A DNA stretch of 64,000 bases, taken from the NCBI RefSeq assembly GCF_009914755.1, contig NC_060926.1; one strand, 5' to 3'. The notes beneath the pieces were generated by a model. The model ran no database searches. It had not been told where the DNA came from and saw only the letters and a program-made list of their open reading frames with translations. The first letter of the stretch is position 1; every line of letters begins with the position of its first letter. The stretch comes from the human T2T-CHM13v2.0 reference genome, Homo sapiens. Position numbers and translations under genes: made by a program. Positions 1-12,719 of the stretch are shown piece after piece.

Positions 1-669
1 TTGAGTGGTGGTGGAGTCTACTTCTCTGCTCTCTTTCTTACACTGAAAGCCACCACAGCTCACTGCCTTTGGTGTGTTCAGATAGGGATTACAGCCCCAA
101 ATACAGCAGCTTGTTTCCTGATGAAAACCCAGCCAAGCAGCTGGATTGAGTGCCTGAATAAAAAAGACTCAACCCCAATTAAGGAAGAGCTGGGAATCGC
201 TGCAATTCTGAGACAGCGCAGTTATCATAAGCCCTTCTAAGAGAAACCATTTAAGATAGGGTCGGAATTAAAATAGTTTCCCCGGCACACAATTATGTAC
301 TGACTCTTTCTGAGGGAGTCGTTTAGGGAGCAAAGAATGGAGTTTTCATTTTAACTGCTCTTTCTCAATTGCACAAGACAGTTTTCGAACTCTTCTCCTT
401 AAAATTGTGTTTCTATCATGGCCTCTCTCACGACGGTTCGCAACATCTAGTTTGTTTCCCACTCATAGAAATATTGCACATACATTTTAGTTTTGTGAGA
501 AATTATATTCTTAGGGAAAGGCAGGTTGTGTGAGTAGATTTATTTCAGTATATCAAAAATATGATGCTTTTTTTTTAAGTGGTGAATTTGTGAGCAGACC
601 TCAGAGCAGATGCTGGAGGTCCCCTGATGGTCATTCCACATTCTACTCCCCAGTGTTCCCGGCTGCTCA

Positions 670-820
670 GTGCCCTTAGTGAGTCCCTTAATCGCTTTAG
701 GATCTCATTCCCTCATCAGTAAATGAGGTGCTGACACCTGCTCTTCTGATTTCCCAAAGCAACTATAAAAATAAAATGAAATAAAGCATAAAACACTAGG
801 CAGAATATAAATCACAATTG
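670..820 (+). mobile_element. MIR SINE fragment
   Basis: Degenerate MIR core (cccttaatcgctttaggatctcattccctcatcagtaaatgagg...ataaaatgaaataa); boundaries approximate. Confidence 0.45.
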
Positions 821-1113
821 CGACTTCAAACTCTTATGTCTAGAATGCCCTGCCTTCACCTTGCAGGACCACTCTGCAGAGGAAATCTGAGACATTGGTT
901 CTATTGCCCTGTTTCTCTTCAGTCCTTGGACCTGCCCACCACCTGCATAGCTTTCTTCTGATCTCTCCCTACCATTGCTGATACAGGTTTGTGACCTGCC
1001 ACCACTGGGTGAAATCATTTATTTCTCCCCACATTCTTTGCCATGCATTTGCAATGTTTTTCCATTTGATTTTGGGGGCTTTGAGTCTCACTATTTTGCC
1101 CTCTCATTCCTCG

Positions 1114-1130
1114 CCCCCCCCCCCCCCCCC
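1114..1130. repeat. C17 homopolymer (G17 on minus strand)
   Basis: Counted directly. Confidence 0.95.
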
Positions 1131-1637
1131 ACTTTCAGAAAGACTTTTCCTAGGAACTTTTTCATTTATGGGCTGGTTGGTTTCATTTCCTCTGACATGC
1201 CTCTTTCCTCAATAGGTTCTTGTTATCTCAGCTGCTTGGGATATTTGTGTTACATCCCTGTCCCAGCTCCGGCTCCACCTGCCTCCTTTCCTCTCCCATG
1301 CTGAGGAGAGCCCACATTTTATGCTGTTGGTGACAGGTCCCAGCCAAGGCTCGGCAGTCTCAGCCTCTTCCTCCCTGGGCCTCAATCCTGGGGACGCCAC
1401 CAGGAAGGAAGGGGTTAATCTTTGGCCTTCCCTCCATCTTCTTTCTAGTTCAACCTGTCAGTGTGCTGGGAGAGAAACCAGGCCATTGCCAGCATAACAC
1501 ATAAAATAAAACACCAGCCTGCTCCTTTCTCTGTGGATGATCAGGAGAGCTTTGGGGAACACCTATTCAGTGCCCTCATTTTCCAGTTGAGGAAGCAAAG
1601 ACAAGAGGTGAAATGACCGGCCTGAGGTCACTGTGAC

Positions 1638-1730
1638 TTTGAGCATCCTACTGTGCCAGTCCTGTGCTGGGTACCAGCTATCAAAGATGATTAAGATATT
1701 GCTCCTGTCCTAAGCTGTTCAAGTCAGAAG
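1638..1730 (-). mobile_element. L2 3' end fragment
   Basis: ttgagcatcctactgtgccagtcctgtgctgggtacc...aagatattgctcctgtcctaag resembles the antisense L2 3' end. Confidence 0.45.
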
Positions 1731-2354
1731 ATAAAGAAGCATGTATTGATTGTATTTACTGGAAAAGCATCTATCTGCTAATTGATTAGACCCCTCCCAT
1801 GTTTTCCTTTTAATTAAAATTTCCTTCTTTCCAAAAGCAATCCACCACCTCCTTGGAGGTCTAGCTCCCAACCAATTCATGTCCTTCCCGCCTCCAGACT
1901 GCTCTATTCCCTTGTTCCCCACTTCCCTTTACGGTTTGTGAATATCCCCGGCTGGGACGTGTAGCTGGAAAAGACACCCTCTTCTCTGCTCACTTCAAGG
2001 CCTGAAGGCCCTTTCTCCACTTAGGATGATCAAGGGCAGTTCTCAACATGTTTGATTAGCTCAGAACCTCTGGCAGTGAAAAGGAGCCTTTTCTTTCAAA
2101 AAAGATTTGGCCTCCTTGTTTTATAATGTCTACCCTGTTATCATGAATTGCTTGGAAGGACCAAGGGGTACCATGAGTTACTGGGGAAGCCCCTCTTTGT
2201 TCTGCTTTTTCATTTCCTGAGCCCTCATTCTCCAGGAGACAGTGGCACGGAGGGATGAAGAGAGGCAGGAGCACAGCTGTCCCTAGGGAGGTGGGGAAAT
2301 GAGTAGGAAAATACCTAATGAGCAATCATTCAGCACATATCTTGGGAAAGTCAT

Positions 2355-2833
2355 ATCAATGATCTGTTTTCACTGCCTAGTAAACCACTCCAAAACTTAG
2401 TGACTTGAAACAATGACTTTATTACTTATTGTTTCATGGGTCAGGAATTTGGGCAAGGTTCAGTGGGATGGCTTATCTCTGTCCCACATGGTGCTCCTTG
2501 GGATGGCCCATCTGGGACTAGAAGATAAAATGGGTCAATTACATGTTTGGGGCTTTGGTGTTGGCTATGGGCTTAGGTATCTCAGTTCTCCATGTGGCCT
2601 CTTTTCCCAACAGCACAGACTGAGCTTCTTTATCTGATGGTTGAGTTTAGAAGGAAAAGCTTCAATGTGCAAGTGCTTACTATGCCTCTGCTTGGGTCAC
2701 ATTTGATGAGGTCTCTTGACCAAAGCAAGTGACATATGGCCAAGCCCAGAGTCATTGTGAAAGGAACTGCATGAGGGCGTGAGTACCAGGAGGCATGATT
2801 CATTGGGGGGCCTGGTAGCAGACTTAACATACA
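2355..2833 (-). mobile_element. MaLR solo LTR, MLT1H-like
   Basis: aaaccactccaaaacttagtgacttgaaacaa...ggtcaggaatttgggca and caaagcaagtgacatatggccaagcccagagtca...taccaggaggcatgattcattgggggg match antisense MLT1G/H. Confidence 0.65.
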
Positions 2834-3254
2834 CAGATGATTAACAAATACTTCTTTTGGCAGAGGTTGGAGCTTTGTAGATCATATACCTTCTCCCCCA
2901 GCTAGCAAGACTCCTTTAATTTCATCCTTCCCATTAATACCCCCTTTTTTCTTTATCTGTTCACATTCAGGTGACTTTTCTCTACTCTGAACTAGAGCAG
3001 GTTACTTAGTTCTTACCACATATTAGCAATCATGAATACAGAGAAGCTTTTGCCCTTTAGGGTGGATTTAATACACACCTTGTTTCTCGAAATAAAGTAG
3101 TTTCTAGGTTTACCATTGGTGGCTGTGATCTGTCCATAAGCTCAGTGTGAGGCAGAGGTCTGGGCCTCCTGGCTAGGCCCTGGATCCAAGGATCTCAGGG
3201 AAATGATATTGAAGCCCCCTAGCCAAATGAAGAGGGAAATTGGCCTTGGATCAT

Positions 3255-3490
3255 ATCATGGCAACATGGTTCAGAGTGATCCTAGAGTTGGTACTCCTGG
3301 GACATGTGATTAAACCACGTTTGCTAATTTTGAGGAAATTACTTACCCTCCCTAAGCTTCATCATAAGGAAAACGTGAGCAATACTCTTATCAGTCAATC
3401 AATCAATGAAGATTGTTTTGAAGATCAAATGGTAATACATGCTAAGTGCTTGGCATATGGCAAAGGCTCACAAGTTTAACTATTTTTATT
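3255..3490 (+). mobile_element. MIR SINE
   Basis: Degenerate MIR with a 3' part gattgttttgaagatcaaatggtaatacatgctaagtgcttggca. Confidence 0.5.
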
Positions 3491-3577
3491 GGCATTAACA
3501 CATATTCATTTCACCTCTCTACCATTCCCCTTAAAAATGAAATTCATAAATATTTATATTCATATCACTGACTCCCT

Positions 3578-3712
3578 CCAAAAGGGAAGAAAAAGTAAAG
3601 AAGAGAGATGAGAGAAAGAGATAGAAGAGACTGAAATACAGGAGAGAAGATGAAAAGATACAAAAAGGAGAAGAAGGAGGGAAAGGGAAAGAGACAGAGT
3701 CAAAAAAAAACA
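3578..3712. repeat. Purine-rich (GA-rich) low-complexity tract
   Basis: Nearly all A/G on the plus strand. Confidence 0.7.
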
Positions 3713-4947
3713 GATGGCAAGGCTGAGAGCACATGTACTTTAAGACCAGAGATCATTTTCCAAGGAGCCGTCACATCTCTGGGGTTACCCAAAGCTCACT
3801 TGGCTCCTGGCAAACCTGAAGTTCTTGCCAATGGGAGAGGCTGAGTGGTGTGTGTCAGACAGCAAATGGATTTTGCCACCCAGGGTGTCTGTACCAACTT
3901 GGGCAAGATCACATGGAGAAAAGAAAGGAGTGGGGCAGAGTGGGAAATATTTCTCAGAGTGAGGCTGAGTGGTTGGCTGGGAATGTCACCATGGGCCTGG
4001 CCTACTATTAAGTCTGCAAATAATCCATATAGCTGCCCCCTGCATTTGTAGCTCCTCCTGAAGGAAAAAGGGCAGCACAGCTAGATGTGCTTTTCCAGAC
4101 TAAGTTTCTTCCAGGTGAACACTCCCCCTCTGCAGCTCTCTGGACCCTCTTCTCCACCCGGGACGTAGGACTGGTTGCTGGCACAGGTTGGGAAGGAAAC
4201 TTCTTGCCAAGGATGAGTAGGAGTAGAGTGGATGGAGGGTCATAACCTTGGTCCAAGCTTTATTCTCTGCCATAGAGGTGATTCCAGGGCTGGGGTTGCA
4301 GACTTCCATGGGTGCATTGGTGGAAGAATTAGGTAAAGACATGACTCAAAAACAGGATGTGTGCAGAGGGAAAACTCTCTTTTCCAATTTATGAAGCCCA
4401 AGGAATTGGGGTGATAAAAGGTGCTCCCTTTGGTAGTAGGGGTCGTGAGAAATCTCTCTAGACACTAGCAGCTCCAGACCTCCCATCCTGACCAATATCA
4501 CTAGCTACAATGCAGGCTCAACTGAGAAGGAATCTTCCTCCTTTAGAATTGTTTGGGATGATGTATTTCTTTCTTATAATTAAGAATAGAAAATTTATAT
4601 AACAAGTTTATATTATTATTTTATATTTAGAAATCTGTTTAATTTTTGGTGTTTATGTTCTTACCATGTTTAAGAGAATTCAGTCTATTATAACTGCAGA
4701 TCAGTCTTGAAACTCCAATTTATAGTGAGTAGTTGATTGATTAATTTAGACACAAATTTAGGTTGAAATCTTTTTTGTATTGTGTTCAAATAATTACAAA
4801 AGCTTAAGAATTGCTATTTTAAGAGGTTAATTTATTAAATTTATAGGAATCATTTAAGTACTAGAGAAAATTTATCAGATCACAATTTTTTTCTATGAAA
4901 TCAAATATATTAAATTTATTAAAGCAGTTCAGGATTTGTTTTTAATA

Positions 4948-4949
<2 letters not shown>

Positions 4950-4980
<31 letters not shown>

Positions 4981-5260
4981 AGATGGGGTCTTGCACTGTC
5001 ACCTGGGCTGGAGTGCAATGGTGAGATCTTGGCTCACTGCAACCTCCATTTCCTGGGTTCAAGTGATTCTCTTGCCTCAGCCTCCCTAGTAGGTGGGATT
5101 ACAGGCACCCACCACCATGCCCAGCTAATTTTTTGTATTTTTAGTAGAGATGGGGTTTCACTACGTTGGCCAGGCTGGTCTCAAACTCCTGACTTCGTGA
5201 CCTGCCCACCTCAGCCTCCCAAAGTGTTGGGATTACGGGCATGAGTCACCACGCCGGGCC
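4950..5260 (-). mobile_element. Alu, AluSg-like, full length
   Basis: T30 tail followed by the antisense Alu dimer ending acgccgggcc; short gacttcgtga form with ggccaggctggtctcaaac; TSD-like aataagtttt on both sides. Confidence 0.97.
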
Positions 5261-5634
5261 TTAAAATAAGTTTTTAATGGAGGCCAGACATTAATCAAAG
5301 TTCTTTAAAAAGTGATAGTTAAACTCACTAGGTCCATATCAGAAATATAAGACTTATAGGTGATAAGTAAAAGATTAAAGGAGAACTATAGTTTTGGATG
5401 TAAAACCTTTATTAATAGAGTACTTATTCAAAATTAATCATAAAATGACCTCTGATAATATTTCTGCTCATAAAATCCACCTAAAAAACTAAAGACATCA
5501 CATTGGAAATACTTTGATTAGGATCATTGTTGACCTATTGGCTTTCTATTGTTGTGTAAAAAGTTACCTATATGACATTCAATCTTATAACACTTTGCTG
5601 CACATATGTAAATCAATTTTTTCATGATTTCCAT

Positions 5635-5765
5635 CTTTATCCTAGATATCAAGACTCTTAGAGGAGGAAACAATTTTTCACTTATTTTGGTAGTCACAGT
5701 AACTGGTACAGTATTGAGGAAATAATAGATAATTCATGCTTTTTAACGAAGGAAGGAAACAAGAA
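5635..5765 (+). mobile_element. L2 3' end fragment
   Basis: ctagatatcaagactcttagaggagg...acagtaactggtacagtattgagg resembles the L2 3' terminus. Confidence 0.4.
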
Positions 5766-6076
5766 GTGAATGAGAACTTCAATTCTCAGAACTTCAGTTT
5801 TCTTAATGAAGGTGATATTATCTATTATTCAGAGATAACATAGGACCAAGATTGCCATTAACTCTAGCTTTTGTTGCTTGTATAGCTCCAGGGAAATCAG
5901 GATGTTAGGAAAACTGACTTTGACGGTGTGCACTGAAACGTTCAGAATGACAAAGTTGCAGACCTGTAACAGTGTGACAGTAGTCCCACCTCATGATGAC
6001 AGAATGCAGCTGTAGTGGTCATAAGAATGTGGCTTGAAGATCAAACCTAAGCAAGCCTGTGTTCCTCAACCAACCA

Positions 6077-6078
<2 letters not shown>

Positions 6079-6114
<36 letters not shown>
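6079..6114. repeat. (AC)18 microsatellite
   Basis: Seen directly. Confidence 0.97.
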
Positions 6115-6116
<2 letters not shown>

Positions 6117-6134
6117 ACACATATACCTCTTGAA

Positions 6135-6558
6135 TCATTCATGGTCCAAGTAGGAGAGTATAATAAAGGCAGAATTTAAGAAAGAAGCTATTTACGGAGA
6201 CTTGGGCACAGTTTAAGAAAAGCACAACAAGGGATGGTGCAGGATCCTCCAGGCTAGTCACACCCATGAATCAAGAAGGAGCAAGAGACGGGAGTGATTA
6301 CTGGAAAACAGAGGAAAAACAGTTTGATGGGAATTGTCGTCTCTAATGGAGAAACACAGTAGTATACAACATTAAACATTCCAGTATCACTCTTTTTCCT
6401 CCCTTCCATCTCCTGTTGCTCCCATTGGTCAAATCCAACTGGAGGTCAGCCAGTATGAGATGACGGATAAAGTTCGTTGAGAGTGCATGCAGTCTGTTGT
6501 ACAGGGTAGAAAAGAATGGGATGTGTATGTGGACGGCAAATGGCAGATATATCTCACA
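6135..6558 (-). mobile_element. ERVL LTR, LTR33-like
   Basis: cccattggtcaaatccaactggaggtcag...cagggtagaaaagaatggga...ggcaaatggcagatatatctcaca resembles the antisense LTR33 5' end. Confidence 0.5.
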
Positions 6559-6755
6559 TACCCCAAATAAACATGTAAAGTTTTACAGAGCATGAACAGA
6601 AGGCACAAAAAGAAGCAAAGAACAGGAATTTTTCCTAGGTTGCTGTTATCTCTACTTTACTTTCTCAGGTGTTTAACCTCAGTTGTTTGGTAACTTCTGT
6701 CCAAAGACTTTAATATGAAACTTTTGCAGTGAGGTAAAAAATACATTGATTTGGT

Positions 6756-6880
6756 CCCACTCTCTGGGTTAACCCTCTATGCTGTCAGTTGACCCTCCCT
6801 CTCTAGGCTGACTCTACTTTTTAAGTGAACCCCCACTCCGGGATGACCCCACTATCTGGGTTAGTTCCCATCCTCTGACC
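6756..6880. repeat. Degenerate ~18-20 bp tandem array (about 7 units, cccactctctgggttga-like)
   Basis: Units such as cccactctctgggttaa, ccctccctctctaggctga, cccccactccgggatga, ccccactatctgggttag. Confidence 0.45.
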
Positions 6881-7544
6881 AGTGACAGCTGCTTGGCACC
6901 ACACACACTTCCAGTCCCAGAGCAGAGTTAGCTGTTCTGACCCTTGACTGAGAAAGGGCACAGCTCATTGTATCCGGAAGGTGAGGCCTTGGTCAAAAGC
7001 TCTCCCTAGAATGTTTCTAAGACCAGTCTCCTGGCTTCTCTAGTACTGCTCAACACTTCACTTGGGACAGTGTAGGAGGGAAAAGTTACCTGACCTGATA
7101 GATACCTGGCCTTTTCACCTACATGGGATGTCAGCAAGGCTAAAAATAAGTAGGCTTTCAAGGTGAGCTGGGAAGACACAGCTTGCTGAGACCTGAGTCC
7201 ACATCAGGGTTGATGATATCAACATTGGCACCTCAGGTAGAACCTACAGCGCCACTCAGGCCTGCAGACAGTGGAGCTGGAGGCACCAGGTCTTCAGGAA
7301 TTAGTAATAAGAATGAGGTCAGTCCTCTCACATGGAGACTTCTCTGAGTAAATCTAATTGAGCTGGCCCGAAGAGGTGGGTGTCCTAGGAAAATATTCAG
7401 CATTTGCTGGGAGAGTTGTAGGTCCTATGGTGTTTTGCTGCATTGTTTGTCTCCTCTGGCCAGTTCCCCTGAACTCTGATGCAGACAACATCTCCTTTTT
7501 ATAAAAGTCATGTCATTTTCCCTGCATGCCTGTCTTTCATTTAG

Positions 7545-7722
7545 GGTTGTGCTTTCAAACTGCAGAACATTAGAATCATCTAAGGAGCTTTTAAAGATCC
7601 CAATGAGTACAGCATGCTATAGACTATTTAAATCAGAATCTCTGGAAAGTGGGGTCCAGGCTTCAGAATTTTATAAAGTTCCCCAGGTGATTTCAATGTG
7701 TCCCCAATGTATCAGGCCCTGA
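7545..7722. mobile_element. MER5A (hAT-Charlie MITE)
   Basis: cattagaatcatctaaggagcttttaaaga...aaatcagaatctctgg...aaagttccccaggtgatttcaatgtg. Confidence 0.7.
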
Positions 7723-8109
7723 CTTGGGACCTCTAACTTTGAAGTTTTTCAAGATCTTCCCTTTTTGTCCTAGTTCCCCTGCAGCTAAGTCCCCATTTTC
7801 TAAGCTTCTCTCTAAGTAATCTCCCCCCTGCTTCGTCTTTCCATCCCACATAGAGTTCAGGTCTAGGTTTATGCTCCTTCCACTCCTTCAGAATTTCAGA
7901 GCTGAAGGGACCTCAGAGTCCCATGGATGAGCCTAAATCTTCACTGTGTAGATGCAAAAGTGTAGGGAAGGAAGATCAGGATGTTAGGTATGGTAGGGCA
8001 GGGGCCGGAGCCACTCTCTGCTCTCACTGATTTGCAGAGCCTGAAAATCCCCCAGTGGTCACTGATCCACTCTGGAGAAAGCAACATTCAGATTGATTCA
8101 CTGTCTGGA

Positions 8110-8540
8110 AAGGTAAGCTGTGGTCAGATGATAGAGATCCTTGAAATCTGCGTAATGATGTATTACAATTAAGACTGTAGACAATGGGAGCCACTGAAGA
8201 TTTCAGAGCATCAGTGTGTCATGTCTGCTCTGACAGGGGTGGTTAGGGTGGAGAAAAGAAGAAAGACTCTTGGCAGTCAAACAAGTGAAGACAGAAAACC
8301 AAGCAAGAAGAGGCAAGCAATTCCGAAGGAGGTGAGAAGTGGAGGGGAAGATAGACATTAAGAGCACTGGTGGGGGGTACTTGGACCTCTCCTCCATCTC
8401 ATCAACTGACTCACAACCAAGAGTCAAGTTTTCAAGGCTTGACAGCTAGAAGGACAATGTTGGCCCAAACACTATCAGCCTCAACAGACTGATAGGATGT
8501 TGAGGACGGAGAATATGAGCTTTGGCACAAACATGTGAGC
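8110..8540 (-). mobile_element. L2 fragment
   Basis: tgtagacaatgggagccactgaagatttcagagca is a typical antisense L2 motif. Confidence 0.5.
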
Positions 8541-8664
8541 CTTAAACTCTCTCTCTGGTGTTTCACTGAAGGCAGGGCCCCACTTCAAATTCCAGCAGAG
8601 AATTTTGCAGCTCGTAGCTGCCAGTTTGGGGGCACCTACAGAGAGGCAGTGCATTGAGGTGGCT

Positions 8665-8880
8665 CCCTGGGTTTGGAACCTGACTTGGTATTTTTCTAGT
8701 TTAACAGAGATGTTAAGCATCCTTAATATCTCTGTGCCTAAGTTTTCTCACTTCTAAGATGGAAATAAAACTGATACCCACATCACAGGGTTGTGATAGA
8801 TGAAATGCTTTGAAACATAAAAATACTCAGAAGCATTCATGAGGCACAATAAATACTTAATACAATTGTCGCTATTCTAT
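8665..8880 (+). mobile_element. MIR SINE
   Basis: cttaatatctctgtgcctaagttttctcacttctaagatggaaataa...cacagggttgtga MIR core. Confidence 0.6.
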
Positions 8881-8924
8881 TATTTTACTGTTTATGGATA
8901 GCTCATTCCTCATTGCCTAGGTCA

Positions 8925-9075
8925 TAGTTCATAGCAAAACATCACTGGACTGGGAGTCTGGAAATCTTGGTTCTAGTCTTTTTTTTCTGCCAATGACAAG
9001 TTCTCTGAACTTGATTAAATCATATTTAACTTCTGCAAGCCTCCATTTCTTTTTCTATAAAATAGGAATAAATTT
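8925..9075 (+). mobile_element. MIR SINE fragment
   Basis: cactggactgggagtctggaaatcttggttctagtc...gcctccatttctttttctataaaatagga. Confidence 0.55.
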
Positions 9076-9469
9076 AGTCTACTTTGTCATGTGAATGTGA
9101 AGACCAAATGTCTTCCCCACATCATCCCCCTGCTTCCAGCTGCATCTAGAGATGACAGACCAGAGGAGAACCACCTGGAGTGCTGTTCTCCCCCAGAGGG
9201 GCTGGACAGGAGCACACAGATTTATCCTTCAAAACTTCCATCACCTGCTTATCCATTCCACCTCCTGGTGCCCATCTTGGGTTTTTTATTGAAGCTTTTT
9301 GCTTTTCTTTGGAAAATACCTGACATTTAACCAGAGCAATAGTTAGGAACCAACTTAAAGTCATGTCTGCCACACACTGGGGCTTTAAGACTCAAAGGAC
9401 TACAATTACTATGGTGGAATTTTGTCCCAGGAGAAGGAGGAACTGCTGGTGTGTTGTTCTGGTCACCTG

Positions 9470-9615
9470 GAACTGATCAGAAGCTTGGACTCGGGTCTTG
9501 CCCGTATCACTGACTTACTGCTATGATGTCAGTCAAGAATTGGTTGCATAGGACTCCTTAGAAAATGAGGGGGCTAAATTAGATTTCCTCTACATTCCAT
9601 TCCAGGTCTTCTATG
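9470..9615 (+). mobile_element. MIR3-like fragment
   Basis: cactgacttactgctatga...aaaatgagggggctaaattagatttcctcta...ttccaggtct. Confidence 0.4.
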
Positions 9616-9669
9616 TGTGCCATGGTTCTAAAATTCCAGTCAACTTGTTACAAAAATATAGGCATTTGG

Positions 9670-9856
9670 TATGAATTAAAAAGAAGAGCCATTCTAACAG
9701 AGTTGACCAAAGACGGAATGAGAAATTGTGAATTCCCCATATCTAGAAGGTTTTGAGTAGAGACTGAATGATTTTCTGTGGGTAGAATCCTGCAGAAAGA
9801 GAGGATGGCTAGGTTTCAGGGTACCTGCCAACTTAGGGATTAAGGGATTCTGTGCA
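9670..9856 (+). mobile_element. L3/CR1 3' end fragment
   Basis: ttgtgaattccccatatctagaaggttttgagtagagactgaatga...gattctgtg resembles the CR1 3' terminus. Confidence 0.5.
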
Positions 9857-11529
9857 TTTTAGAGAATTGAGGGACCACTAAGGAATGTAATGCGAAATCT
9901 TAAGAAATGGAGCATCCCAGTCCTACTCAGATTTTGTCCTACTGGGGACCACATACCATGTATCTTTGAAAGGACAGTTTTGATGAACAGACTCCCAAGA
10001 AGGTGAGCCTGCTTTCATTGGCCTTGAATGGACCTCATGGCAGGAGGGGAGTGGGTGGTGGAGGCTGGGCTTCACCTTGTCAGAGCAGAGTCCTCAGTGC
10101 CAAGAGGAGGCAGTCTTCCCCCACTTAGCCTGGGACGAGGAGCTCAGGACAGAAGGCATAGGCTGATGGGAGGAAAAATTGAGTCACTCTTTGATGTTAT
10201 TTTCCTGGTTCATGGACCTCTGAGAACACTTTTTACTCATTAGCCTGTCTAGACATAAGAACTCACCATCTGGGCTGGCCTTTTCCTCTTCTAATTTTCC
10301 TTGCTCTGTCACTTTTGCTGAAGATGGGGATGAGGTTGACAGCTGACACCAGCAAGTATGCTAGGACAGCATCGAAGCTGTCCTGTGGATCCCTGATTGG
10401 AGGCTGAGATGGATCCAGCATCCTATTTTTGAAGATTTCTGACTCTAGGCAGAGGGAGCCGTCAAGCTGAATAAAAATTGAAAATTTGGGAAGATGTGTG
10501 GTTCTGCTTTGAAGACTCTCTGACACATGCTCCACTTAACCACTAAAATGAGTAATCTGCTTGTGTTATAAATAGGATGGCTTGAATGTGTTGCAAGGCA
10601 GCACTGTGGGTGGCCCAGGGCAGGTGTCGCCGGTGAAGGGAACTGACTGATAGAGGGGACTTGGTCAACAAATTCCCAGAGTCTTTCTGGCCAGTGGATC
10701 CCCCATTACATGAACTCATCCAGTGCTGCTGCAGTGACTAAGCCCCTCCTTACCACTTATCCCCAGGGTCCTATGCAGCCCAGAACCCTGAGGGCCTTAG
10801 AGAACAAGCTCAAAGGGAGGACTTAGGAACCAAGAGTTCTGGCTACTTTGTGGTTGTGCAGTCATCAGCTTGGAAAAAAGACAGAGAAATGTAAAGGGGA
10901 AACCCTGGCCTCTCTATCTCACAAGGGTTAGTGGTTTGGAGGGGAAGAAGATTGGAGCTCTTTAACAGAGCCAGGTTCTACGCAAGTAGTTACTCACGTA
11001 TCTCTTTCTCCACCAATTTGGATCAACAAAAGAACTAAAACTGCCAAGCAGAAGCAGTGAGGTGCAGCTTGGACTTTCTGTACAGGCCAGCTGCTAAGAA
11101 CTAAACTGGGGAAGGAGTAATAAGTATTCATTAAACACTCACATATATGATAGGCCCTTGAGGGCTAAAAAAAATCATGGAACCTGCCCTTAACTCTAAT
11201 TTGGGTATTGAAGAGAAGATTGTCTTGCCTTATACTGAATAGATATTCAGTAATTGTTGAACTGACGAATATAATTTAATGGTGATTCAGCTGCAGTAAA
11301 GTCTGCATGGAGGAAGGGGGACCCTGAAACCCTCCCAATCTTAGAATTGGACAGCAAGTCAGGATATTACGTGCAAGTGTGAAACCACAGCTTTCAAAGA
11401 CAATTCAAATGCTACAAGGTTAGGCATAAGGGAAAAGAACCAGGCTCTCCTAATCCTTAAATATTTACCTCCTTAATAGAGTAAGTTTAACTAGCAGTAT
11501 GGAGCTCTGGATGGGGAGTTAGGAGAACT

Positions 11530-11730
11530 TTTCATTCATTCATCCATCTGTCACATAATATAAAGCACATATCATATGCTTGGCTTAGCACTGAGAGTAG
11601 AGCAATAAATAAGATAAACATAGTTTCTTGTCTTCAAGAAGCCGTTAGTCCAGGGAAGCAGTCAAACATTGAAAACTGATGTTTCAAATGTGATGAACAT
11701 AATGATAGGGGAAATGCAAGGTGCCGTGAG
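11530..11730 (-). mobile_element. L2 3' end
   Basis: ttcattcattcatcc tail followed by aataaataagataaacatagtttcttgtcttcaagaagcc...tagtccaggga. Confidence 0.65.
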
Positions 11731-12719
11731 TTAAATTTTTGATATAATCCAATTTTTGTAAGCCAGAAACATTCAAAAAGAGCTTAAAAATTGTCATGTA
11801 CGCATTGTGACTATAGTTTTGCAAATTAACTGTTAATAAACATATATGATTGACACATGTAAATGAGTGTTTTATCCAACAAAGACTCACTCTGGAAGCC
11901 CATGTTTATATTTTGATGATATTTTTCTCACTACTGGTATATATTTCTTCTTTCTATTTGCATTAAAAGCTGTTCTTCTAACTATTTCTGCTGTTTATCC
12001 TTTGATGACAAGTCTGGCTTCTAGAGTTGCTACAAGTTGACCATGACTTTGTCTCTACCCTGCTTCATGAGCTTGGCAAGTTGTGTGACCTCTCTGGCCC
12101 TTACTTTCCATAACCGCAGAATGTTCTCTGTGATTTGGTCCTGCTTAGACTGTTGTCAATCTGCTATCTTATTTTGGGGCCTCCAGCATGTGAACCTGCA
12201 GGCTGTTGTTTGGGAGGGGCTGTCTCAGTGGACAGTCGATGCCACTAACCTCTTCTAGAATAAAAGATCATGCAGGTGCCAAACACCTGCATTCACTAAT
12301 AGAGGGAGTGGGTATTTTCCACCATTAGTGTTCAGATAATTACAGGTACAGACTTTATCATGTTTGGAGTTTGGCCAGTATTCTGTAAGTGATGCTTAGA
12401 GTGATTTCTCCCCACCAGTGCTGGGATCCTCCCTAGACACACAAAACAGGTAAGACAACTACCATTTGTGATTATCTTGGCCCTAGAGCCATGCCATTCC
12501 TCACCAGGCCCCTGAGAAAATGCAGACTGAGATCCACTTTGCTGAGGTTCCGAGGATCCCTGGGCCACAATGGGAAATGAGGTGCTGAGAAGCTCTGGGA
12601 CCAGCTGGGTGTGCGTTCTCCATGATCAGGCAACACTGTGGCCATTGCGTTGATCAGGTCAGTCACAGAGGGCCTTAGAATGAATGTCCAAGTTGGTGGC
12701 TAGAGTAGTCCATCTGCTT

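Noticed and set aside
4936-5244. 102-aa ORF, and similar ORFs at 13021-13385, 22621-22905, 25830-26121, 50718-51050, 51418-52074 and 63082-63509
   Set aside because: Alu readthrough peptides (poly-[15 protein letters not shown]-type), not genes.
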